Assembly: GCF_030684315.1 (NCBI RefSeq) | Contig: NC_081375.1 | Coordinates: 37,757,828-37,821,827, forward strand | Origin: Stegostoma tigrinum | Taxonomy: Eukaryota | Length of the DNA stretch: 64,000 nt | Direction of reading: 5' to 3' | Part shown: positions 1 through 10,649 of the stretch, in pieces | How positions within the stretch are numbered: position 1 is the first letter of the stretch | How the letters are laid out: every line of letters begins with the position of its first letter | Position numbers and translations under genes: made by a program | Notes under the pieces: model-generated | Seen by the model: only the letters and a program-made list of their open reading frames with translations | What the model was told of the DNA's origin: nothing | Databases searched by the model: none

Positions 1-1163
1 ATCAAGGGATCATAACCAGCAAACTCACTATTTTATCAACTGCTGGAACAGATCATTTAATTTCTGTATGACTTCTTTCTACCAGAAGCCTTTCATTTAT
101 AGCTTGTAACCAGATAGTGCCTTTACTTGGAACATGCTTCATGCATTTAATTTCACTGAAAAAAAAATCAAAGGAGAAAATACATTTGGGAGAAGAGTGG
201 GGCAGTACGTTCAGGGAAAGGGGGTTCAGTACAGCTGGGAAAGGCTACAGTTGTAAAAGATTGAGGCCAATGCTCCTGACAGGCACCAATGCCTTGAACC
301 AAAGTTAAGGCTGTGAACAGTATTATCATGCTGATCGCCACCACACATGGACCCTCAATGGCAGTTGTGTAGCTTGACCAGGGATGGTGATCAAAGCCAT
401 GAACGTATCATAAACACCAGGCTGAGAAGTTAACCTGGTACACTGGAAGACTGAGAACTAATGTAGTCCAGCAAGCACAGGGCTAAAAATGAGAGAAATA
501 GATGATTGGAAAAGGATTTAAGGATCCCAGAATTGTAATGCAAGTTTTTGATGTTCTCAAGCAATATGAAATCTCTTACATTCAACCCAATTAACACCTT
601 GTTTCCTATTACATTTCTGCTATTGATTCACACCATGTGATTAATCACAGCCCATCCAGTACCCAAACTTGTGGGCATCCAGTTTGAAAATTATCATTAC
701 CCTTACCCTAAAAATATTACCAGAAACAGGGTATGGCATATGATTATAGCGTTTGCTCCTTCATTCATTAAGATCATGAATGATCCAGGTAAGACTGCAA
801 CCTTATTTGCCTGTTGATCTGAAATACTCATGTTACTTCAAGAATCTGAAAAGTGCTTTTTTTTGTCGCAGTCTTAAGTCAGTAGTTTACCTAATGTGAT
901 GTTGTTGACATTTCAATAAAAAGCATAATCTTCAATGACCAGTCTAAACCCAACATCTACAGATAATGTAGAAATAAACAAAACTTGGAGAAATCAAACT
1001 GTCAATATTTATATACTTCAAATTGGTAAATCATGTCAGTGCTGTATTTACAAAAATTCAATAATGTACCTCCTTATTTTCATGACATTTCCTATTCCAA
1101 CTTACCAGAAGTAATCTCTCCCTTATCATGGCCATTCTGCACACTAACTGTTTAAAGAACAAA

Positions 1164-1169
1164 TTTATT
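1164..1169 (-). terminator. Probable NDEL1 polyadenylation signal (3'UTR ~0.85 kb)
   Basis: AATAAA on the minus strand followed by ttgttctttaaaca and a GU-rich gttagtgtg. No transcript evidence. Confidence 0.55.
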
Positions 1170-1992
1170 TTCAGAAGTTTAGACAGGTTCTACATAATGA
1201 GATCATATGATTTGTTACAACTGTCTGGTAACTGCTTCACTTATTAATCATGCCATATAGAATCTGAATAAATAATGTTACAAAGCCCAAGCTATATACA
1301 AATATCTTGGGCAAAGTCATGTTTACAAACTTATATACATTAACAAAGAAACAGCCAATGTAATTTTCCAAATTATGCAACGAAATAAAATGTCAAAGTG
1401 ATCGAGTTGATACATAGAAACAAAAATCAATGCTGTCAATAGTTCAAAAGTTTGTTATACAACTTTTTTAAAAACAAACCAATTTACACTTAATGTTTAC
1501 ACTTAATATCTTCTTAATAAACTTGACATTAGAAACCAAGCAAAATTGTACAGTTCAAAATAAAAATTACAAGACTTGGCATTTTAAAGTATCACCAAAT
1601 CCAGGCACATAACCGAGGAACCCAGACCAATTATCTGGAGAGTCATACATTGTATAAGTGGCTATATATACACACCATCGTTAGCTTTAAATATGTAGAC
1701 TTTCCAATACTGCTTAGGATTTCAAATTTTAATTCTCAATATACAAATCTGGTGTAATGTACAACAGGAATAGCATTAAAATCCCCATGAATTGTAAATG
1801 GTAAATTAACTACACTGCAGTGACAGTATACCAGGAGATTAAGATGCAAACTGTATCTAACAAACTAAATCTTAAAGAACAAGCAAGATAATTCAGAAGT
1901 TCCGACACATTACAGTGCACTCCACTTGTAATCAGGGTTATCCTGCTGCTTGAAGAAGATGGTTATAAATAAAAATGATGCAGTTGGACTGT

Positions 1993-2083
1993 TCAGACAC
2001 TGAGTGGCAGCATGCCTGGTGGTGAAGGTGGTGGTGCTGCTGATCCAATTCCTGCAGGTCCTTGGTCTAGACCATTTACTACC
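1993..2083 (-). CDS. NDEL1: NDEL1 terminal coding exon
   Basis: gaatatag|G GTA GTA AAT... gives (G)VVNGLDQGPAGIGSAAPPPSPPGMLPLSV-TGA; the GMLPLSV end is diagnostic of NDEL1. Confidence 0.96.
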
Positions 2084-3678
2084 CTATATTCAACAAAAAC
2101 AAGATATGAAATAGTTTCATGCAAAGTGATGACAGTAGCTAGTAATTTAGATGTTCCAGCATTCACAATAGGAACATGAAATAAGGAGAACTTCTCAAAT
2201 CATCAAGTCCACTCTTAGCTCTGGGTTCAGCAGAAAATTTAAATTATACAGACTAATCAATTTGCTTGTTCTTGTTTCTTAATGGTTCTAATTTTGGCTA
2301 TTTAATTTAACTCCATACTGTTTCTGCTTTCTGCACCATTATCGGGTCTTGAAAACTGCACAAAAACTACAAATGACAACATTTTCTTATAAATTTAAAT
2401 AGCTACCAACTGCAACTGAAATTATATATGTGTTTTGCATAGCAATTGCATCAGAGCAATGTGATTTTTAAACCTTAGTTGCCTTACTACAATATTACGG
2501 ATGGATTCAAAGCCATTTATTGTCCAATTTGGAAATATTTTATAAAAATAAAAGCTAACACACGATGACTGGAATTCCCTCAAGTTGCCTGAAGTTTAAG
2601 GATTGACGAAGAGTTTGCTTTCGATAGGCGTTTTAGAAAAAGGAAATAGCAACATTCGTTATAAAAACCACTGATGATAATATCAGCACTAGAACAAACC
2701 ACTAATGATCATTCATACAGACAACTGATTCATTGCAAAATTACATAATGCATTAGTTACTTCTGGAATGTATACAGTTTTTTAAAAATGTGAACATGCA
2801 GATCAGTAGCAAATGCACAATTTACTGCATTTTATAATATATGCACATATTAGTTGTGGATTTAAATACAGCCATGCCTCAGCATATAATATAAAAAAAA
2901 GAGACAAAACAGCCAGATAACTGCAAAAAAATTGTACCATTGGTATGAACCATTCTTATGTTTGCTTTCGACCACTAACTCAATTTTCCTTTATTTAAAT
3001 AGTCAAGTTTTAGTCTGATAAATTTTCCATTTAGTGATTAGTTGTTCAAATTGATTATGCTGTTGCAAAGCTTAGCTCAGTGCACTAAGCTTTCACTGAG
3101 TACTTCTGCATACATTTTAAGAGTGTAATTTTGATTATTTTTTCATTCACTGTATCACTTAGCCAAGCAGGCTTGGTATTGTGCAGATTTGGCACTCAAC
3201 CAGAAAGGGCAAGGTTGGAAAGAAAAATCTACTCACTACTCTAAAATGTGTTTCTACACATTTGTTCTTGTAAACAAACTCCTCGTTAAGGTACATGTGA
3301 ACAGGCATTCTGTAGCGCCTCCACCAGTTTAATAGGTATTATATTTTTACAGTTCTGCAGCACAAAGCTGCATAAATGTTTAACTGCAAAAAAAGTCAAC
3401 AAAAAGATGAAGTCCACAGATCATTGGGCAAGCCCTATACATTGACTGTAAAAGCATAGAGTGAAAAATTAACAGACACCAATAAAAGCATTATATTTTT
3501 AATATTATACATCCAGCATTTTAATCTAGATTCTTACAAATTGACAGAATACCAAATTCCCCGTGCAGTTAGTGGAAATTCAGCCTAAATCTAGTTGTTA
3601 ATCCTGTTTTCAATTACATCACAATTTGTTGCTCACATGCAGGTGATTACTCGAAAGGAATACAATAAAATGAATTAC

Positions 3679-3713
3679 CCATGATAAACTTGGTGAAAAA
3701 GACTCTTTCTTTT
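3679..3713 (-). CDS. NDEL1: NDEL1 35-nt alternative cassette exon (FMGQ-type isoform, C-terminus ...DKGKERVFFTKFIMG*)
   Basis: tcttttcttttatcag|AAAAGAAAGAGTCTTTTTCACCAAGTTTATCATGG|gtaatt. Resembles the mammalian NDEL1 alternative end GQEKVIFPTLFMGQ (recalled, not aligned). Confidence 0.85.
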
Positions 3714-6189
3714 CTGATAAAAGAAAAGACATACTGAAATCAAATTTAAACACATGCGGATTTCATGTTGAACTCTAAGCCAGTCTCGGGTGGTTTAAAT
3801 GCTTAAATCATTCTCCTACTTAAAGCTAAAATCAGATAATTGTTCAACTGATTACACCTAACTGAACAGGTTGGAAAATATTGCAAGTTTTTTAATGTTT
3901 AGGAACTGAAATTTGTGGAACAATGCAAAATGCTGCCCTACATGTATACCAAAATTACAGGAATCAGCAGTTTGACATAAATGAAAGAATGCCAGAGTGG
4001 ATCAGACTGACAGCACAATACAATTTAATACTAGTTTATTAACCTTTCTTTGGATTTCAACTCTTTACTGGGGAGTATGCTATTTTGCCAATATTCTTAC
4101 TTTTGAAGAGGTTGACTTCAATTGAACTAAAAAGTTTCAAAATGTTCACAGTTCATCAGTACCTCTCAAAAGATTGTTCACATTTGAGCCCAGATGCCAA
4201 GTATGGACTAGATATTTGCATGTGCAGACTGCATTCTAAACTAAATTTCTTCTTATCATACCTACATACTGATTTCATGCACGAATCATTAGATAAAGAA
4301 ACAGGCGTGGCATGCTAGCAGCTTAGATCGCTCCCTGACTTGGGCCACCACTAATAATTTGAAACTCATTGAAGCTACCTAATCAGAGGCCACACAAATT
4401 CAGGATCAAATCTGGGATTTTGCTGTCTAAATATTATGACAGCTGGACATGCTATACATCACGAGAAGCAATTAGATTTAAAAGGCTTCTTTTAAGTTTT
4501 GTTAGACAATGGTACTAAAATATAGCAAGTTAGAAATTCAGTGAAGCTAAACTAATTTCAAACAAACCATTCAATTGTACTTCAAGGCTTCACAATTTGG
4601 AATTTTCCCCCTAATTTACTTAGGTTTTTAAACTTAGTGATCAAAAACTAGTAACTCCCCTCCTTGTAACTAAATTACTTCTGTAAATTCACAACATGCA
4701 GAAGAATAATTACATGAATTCATACGCAAGAGATCAGTGGCCCCCAACTTTCTAGCCGATAGCAGCTGTAGGTTTGGGAAACATGCAGTTTAAAGAGCCT
4801 CGTTGAACTTCTGGTGGGTATGTGTGAATCACAGGATACCACAATGCAGAAGACCATTTGGTCCATCCAGTCTGCACTAACCCTCTAAAGAGCACCCCAC
4901 CCAGATCTATCCACAGCAAGTAGTACACACTGCTGCTGTGTGGAGGAATGGCTTTTAAGGATTACGTTGCCCAGGAACGGTATTAAAGTTTATTGACATA
5001 TTGGATCTGCATTCATCCACGCAAGTAGTGGGCATAACATCATACTCTTGACATATGCCCTGAAGACAGTCGGCAGGCTTTGGGCAATCAGGAAATAGGT
5101 TACTCACCACAGGATTCCTCGCTTCTGACCCGCTCTTATAACCCCCCAGAATATTGTTACTGTGCAACTGGGTGACGGCAACACCACTGAATATCAAGGG
5201 ATGAGGATGGTCATTGCCTGGCACTGTGTCACATGATTATTACTTGCCACCTTTCAGTCTAAACTTGGATATCATCCTGGTGTTGTTATATTTCGTCATG
5301 GACTGCTTTAGTATCAGAGTCATCACAAATAGTGAGCATCCTCATTCCTAAGCTTGTGATGGAGAGATGGTCACTGATTAAGCTGCTAAGGATGGTTGAA
5401 CTGCAGACATGACTGACCTCCTAAAACCAGAACCATCTCCCTTATGCGCTAAGGTATCACTTCAACCCAAAAACTGGAGAGACTGCACCCCTACCACCCA
5501 CCAATTCCCAAAGGGCTTCTTGAGGAAACTCATTCAAATGTGGCCTCGATATCAAGGGCAGTCCTCACATCCCCTCTGGAGTTCAGCTTTTTTTTGCATC
5601 AAAGTTACAATGTGGTCTGAAGCCGACAGCCCCTGGTGGAACCCAAACTGAGCATCAGCGAATAGGATATTGCTAAGCAAGTGCTGCTTGATAGCACTGC
5701 TCATGATTGATTTATCAATTTACAGACTAATAGACTGATGAAGTGATCATTAAGTTTTACTTGTACTGCTTGTGGTGTGCAGGAGATGCTAGGCCAACGT
5801 TCCACATCGTAGGGGAGATGTTCCATCAGGATGCAATGATCTAGTGATGTTGTTACGAGAATATTCACCCAGAAACTTGGCTCATGCTTTTGGGACCCAG
5901 AAATACCTAGAGTTAAGAATCTAATAACCATGAAACTACTGCCCACTGTCAGAAAAATGAATCTGGCTCACTGACGGATAAGAAATCTGCTATCCTCACC
6001 TGGTCTGGCCTACATGTAATTCCAGAGCCACAATGTGGTCGACTCTCAAATGGCCTCTAAAATGGACTAGCAAGCCACTCAGTTGTATTGTGATAATACA
6101 ATTACTTTAAAAAGGTGTACTTGGTCTCAAACTTTGTTCACTTTTAGAAGGACAGAGGTGCTGAATGGTCTGCTCAAAGCCAATGAACA

Positions 6190-6385
6190 GCTTGAGAGGT
6201 CTTGGAGTAACAGTGTGGAGCTGGAGGTACACAGCAGGCCAGGGAGCATCAGAGGAGCAGGAAAGCTGACACTTTAGGTCAGGACCCTTCTTCAGAAATC
6301 AGGGAAGGGGGAGCGAGCGAGCTCTGGAATAAGGTGGGGGGGGGGTGGGGCAGAGGAAGGTAGGTGGGATAGTGACAGGGTCTTG
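6190..6385 (-). mobile_element. Old PLE 3'-end fragment
   Basis: Reverse complement of the PLE 3' end, including a degenerate hammerhead motif at 6268-6295. Confidence 0.7.
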
Positions 6386-6660
6386 GTGAGGTCTTGGGTT
6401 TTTCTTAAGTTGGAACAAATGACCCCACCCATTCAGGCTAGGTCTAACTCTCAGAACCAGGAATTTTAGTTTTCGCTTTTAGCAGTTGCTGGGATAGGGA
6501 ATTATAGTAAAAGCAATTCTTTTCTGTTGTATTTTAGCTTTAGTGCAAAAAAAAGTGTATTTTGTTTAAAATCAAGTAGTTTGACCACTTGAATTGCATC
6601 TAGAATGCAACACTTTACACCGACCTTTAAAGTGAGGAAAAAAAAGTTAGCATCTAGGCT

Positions 6661-8639
6661 TCCTTCCCAAAATCCACAAACCTGCCTGCCCCGGTCGACC
6701 AATCGTCTCAGCCTGCTCCTGCCCCACCGAACTCATCTCCACCGATCTGGACTCCATTTTCTCCCCCTTGGTCCAGGAACTCCCCACCTACGTCCGTGAC
6801 ACCACCCACACCCTCCACCTCCTCCAGGACTTCCAATTCCCTGGCCCCCAACACCTCATCTTCACCATGGACGTCCAGTCCCTATACACCTGCATTCCGC
6901 ATGCAGATGGCCTCAAGGCCCTCCACTTCTTCCTGTCCCGCAGGCCCGACCAGTCCCCCTCCACCGACACCCTCATCCGCCTAGCCGAACTCGTCTTCAC
7001 CCTCAACAACTTCTCTTTTGACTCCTCCCACTTCCTACAGACTAAGGGGGTGGCCATGGGCACCCGCATGGGCCCCAGCTATGCCTGCCTCTTTGTAGGT
7101 TATGTGGAACAGTCCCCCTTCCGCACCTACACAGGCCCCAAACCCCACCTCTTCCTCCGGTACATTGATGACTGTATCGGCGCCGCCTCTTGCTCCCCAG
7201 AGGAGCTTGAACAGTTCATCCACTTCACCAACACCTTCCACCCCAACCTTCAGTTCACCCCTGCCATCTCCAGCACATCCCACACCTTCCTGGACCTCTC
7301 AGTCTCCATCTCAGGCAACCAGCTTTTAACTGATGTCCATTTCAAGCCCACCGACTCCCAAAGCTACCTAGAATACACCTCCTCCCACCCACCCTCCTGA
7401 AAAAATTCCATCCCCTATTCCCAATTCCTCCGCCTCCGCCCCCACGACAAGACATTCCACTCCCGCACATCCCAGATGTCCAAATTCTTCAAGGACCGCA
7501 ACTTTCCCCCCACAGTGAACGAGAACGCCCTCGACCGCGTCTCCCTTATTTCCCGAAACACGTCTCTCACACCCCACCCCCGCCACAACCGCCCTAAGAG
7601 GATCCCCCTCGTTCTCACACACCACCCCACCAACCTCCGGATACAATGCATCATCCTCCGACACTTCCGCCATTTACAATCTGACCCCAGCACCCAAGAC
7701 ATTTTTCCATCCCCACCCCTGTCTGCTTTCTGGAGAGACCACTCTCTCCGTGACTCCCTTGTTCGCTCCACACTGCCCTCCAACGCCACCACACCCGGCA
7801 CCTTCCCCTGCAACCGCAGGAAATGCTACACTTGCCCCCACACCTCCCCCCTCACCCCTATCCCAGGCCCCAAGATGACATTCCACATTAAGCAGAGGTT
7901 CACCTGCACATCTGCCAATGTGGTATACTGCATCCACTGTACCCGGTGTGGCTTCCTCTACATTGGGGAAGCCAAGCGGAGGCTTGGAGACCGCTTTGCA
8001 GAACACCTCCACTCAGTTCGCAACAAACAACTGCACCTCCCAGTCGCAAACCATTTCCACACCCCCTCCCATTCTTTAGATGACATGTCCATCATGGGCC
8101 TCCTGCAGTGCCACAATGATGCCACCCGAAGGTTGCAGGAACAGCAACTCATATTCCGCCTGGGAACCCTGCGGCCTAATGGTATCAATGTGGACTTCAC
8201 TAGTTTCAAAATCTCCCCTTCCCCAACTGCATCCCTAAACCAGCCCAGTTCGTCCCCTCCCCCCACTGCACCACACAACCAGCCCAGCTCCTCCACTTCA
8301 CCCACTGCATCCCAAAACCAGTCCAACCTGTCTCCGCCTCCCTAACCTGTTCTTCCTCTCACCCACCCCTTCCTCCCACCCCAAGCCGCACCCCCATCTA
8401 CCTACTAACCTCATCCCACCTCCTTGACCTGTCTGTCTTCCCTGGACTGGCCTATCCCCTCCCTACCTATCTTCTTTTCTCTCCATCTTCGGTCCGCCTT
8501 CCCCCCCTCTCCCTATTTATTCATGAACCCTCACCCCATCCCCCTCTCTGATGAAGGGTCTAGGCCCGAAACGTCAGCTTTTGTGCTCCTGAGATGCTGC
8601 TTGGCCTGCTGTGTTCATCCAGCCTCACATTTTGTTGTC
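6661..8639 (+). mobile_element. Penelope-like element (Neptune-type), 5'-truncated, copy 1
   Basis: RT motifs LPKIHK..RPIVS, MDVQSLYT, GVAMG, RYIDD; CxxxxCxxC linker (CNRRKCYTC); GIY-YIG domain VVYCIHCTRCGFLYIGE..R..EH. One stop at 7398-7400 and a small deletion. 13-bp TSD TAGCATCTAGGCT at 6648-6660 and 8640-8652. Confidence 0.93.
8548..8575 (+). ncRNA. Minimal type I hammerhead ribozyme motif in the PLE 3' region
   Basis: CUGAUGA-A-GGGU(CUAG)GCCC-GAAA-CG-UC: both core boxes are intact, stem II is present, and helix III is replaced by palindromic ACGU. Confidence 0.75.
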
Positions 8640-8729
8640 TAGCATCTAGGCTATTTCAGTATATTTTGAGGGCCTTGAGTCTGGTCCATAACAGTATCAA
8701 TCACTGAAGTCTCAACAAAGAAATGAAAC

Positions 8730-9380
8730 TGGATAGACCACTTGGCATTGACAGAGGCAGTGGAAGTGACAAGAGAAACAGCCCTGCTGACCCTGTAAAG
8801 TCCTCTTTACTAACATCTGAAGCTAGCGACAGAATTGGGAGAGCTGTCTCACATAACAGTCAAGGAACAGCCACACAGTCAGTCATTTTCACAGAATCAT
8901 AATGCCCCAAACACTACCATCACCTTGCCCCACAAGGAGAACATACCCACATGTGGCGGCACAGTGGTATACAGTTGGAAGAGTGTTGCCCTGGGATTCA
9001 TCAACATTGTCTCCGAGCCCTCTGAATTCTCATGGCTTCTGGTTAAACGCGGACACAGAAAGCTCCTGCTGATTACCACATGCTGCCCCTCCTCAGTTAA
9101 TGAATCAGTAATTCTCCATGTCGACCAACACTTGGAGGAAGCACTGAGGGTGGCAAGGGCACAAAATGGCTTGGCAGCAGCACTACTGATTAAGCTGGTT
9201 GGGTCCTACAGGGCATAGCTGCTAGACTGGGTCTGCAGCAGGTGATGAGGGAACCAAGAGGGGAAAACATACATGATCTGCCAACTATTGATTGATCTGT
9301 CCTTGACAGCATTGGTTGCAGTCCCAACACTCAGCCGTTGTGGAAACAAAGTCCCACCTTCACATTAAGAGTGCCCTCCA
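8730..9380 (+). mobile_element. Degraded LINE apurinic endonuclease region
   Basis: ORF 8835-9218 (GGTVVYSW...LLLITTC..LEEALRVARAQN) is APE-like. Related antisense pieces appear at ~4960-5830 and ~10520-10645. Confidence 0.55.
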
Positions 9381-9849
9381 TTGTGATGGGGTTATTCATG
9401 AAATCTCCTTTCAGTGAGTTGTTTAATTGTCTATCACCGTTTGTAACTAGATGTGGCAGGACTGTAGAGCTTAGGTCTGATGCATTGATAGACAAAGCTA
9501 AGTGATTGCACTATCAGCACTGCTAGGCTGCATAGTTACTGAAGGTCCATGCATGTCAATCACCATGCCAATGCTGTTTCCAGTACAGACTAACAGTTTG
9601 AGGTCCGCACAAATGAAAACAAAATTAGAGGGAACATAATTGATCACTTGCTGCTTGGCACACACAAGCTAGTCCTGTACTATAGCTTCAGACTGACACT
9701 TAAGTTTTCGGCACACTTGGTGCTGCTCCAGGCGTGGAGTAGGGGATACGCTGGATTGAGAGGCTGTTGATCGTATGGGTTTGCAATTCCAATTCTGATG
9801 GATGAAAGTGCCTCAGGGATGCCCAATGGAGGCTATTTTCAGTGTGAAC

Positions 9850-10505
9850 GAAAGAGAAATATAGCACAGGAACAGGGTCTTTGGCCCTCCAAGCACCATG
9901 CCCTAACTAACCCTTTTTAAGAAAAAAAAACCTCTGCCCTTATCCCTCTGTTCCCTCCTTACTCATGTAACCATCCAGATACCTCTTAAATATTACCAAC
10001 ATGTCACTTCCACCACCTCTTCTGGGCAGTGCATTCCAGGCTCCTACCATTTCCTGCATGAAAAACTTTCCCTCACACATCTCCCTTAAACTTTCTCAGT
10101 CTCACCTTCAACCTGTGTCCCCTTACAATCGGAACCTCAACCCCGGGAAAAAGGCTCCAACTATCAACCCTATCTATGCCTCTCAATTTTGTAGATAGTT
10201 ATCAGGTCTCCTCTCAGCCATCGTCTTTCCAGTGAAAACAATCCTGGTTTTTTTATTTAAAAAATTCACTTTTCCTCATAGCCAGTGCCCTCAAGACTAC
10301 ACAACATCCCGGTGAAACTTCTCTGTACTCTCTCCAAAGCTTCCACGTCCTTCTGGTAGTGTGGCGACCAAAACTGCACACGATACTCAAATTCAGCCTA
10401 ACAAAGGTTTTACATATGAGCAACACAGTTTAACAACTCTTGTACTCCACGCCCCAGCCAATGAAGGCAAGCATGCCACTTGCCTTCTTAATCATTTTGG
10501 CCACC
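9850..10505 (-). mobile_element. CR1 LINE 3' fragment
   Basis: Diverged match to the 39.0-39.6 kb CR1 3' end, including the tail. Confidence 0.7.
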
Positions 10506-10649
10506 CATGAAGACAAGACTTGCTCTAAGGACTGTATGGCTGCCACTATGATTGATAGTTATAGACAGATGCATCTGTGAAAGATAGATTGAGGAGAACG
10601 ATGTCAAATATGTTTCTCCCTCCCACTCGCCCCTGCCACCACCATTGTC

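Larger units (their letters stand above)
6390..8693 (+). mobile_element. Probable solo-LTR remnant (6390-6660 and 8640-8693) interrupted by PLE copy 1
   Basis: The flanks rejoin across the TSD and end in ...CTGGTCCATAACA, an LTR-like terminus. Family not verified. Confidence 0.35.

Noticed and set aside
1-1100. 3' end of a convergent neighbour (MYH10 in mammals); plus-strand AATAAA at ~916
   Set aside because: No myosin coding sequence is visible, and AATAAA is common in AT-rich DNA.
6788-8326. Multiple antisense ORFs over the PLE copies
   Set aside because: Shadows of the C-rich, stop-poor PLE coding strand.
8222-8340. CRISPR-like repeat array
   Set aside because: Contiguous coding tandem repeats without spacers, in eukaryotic DNA.
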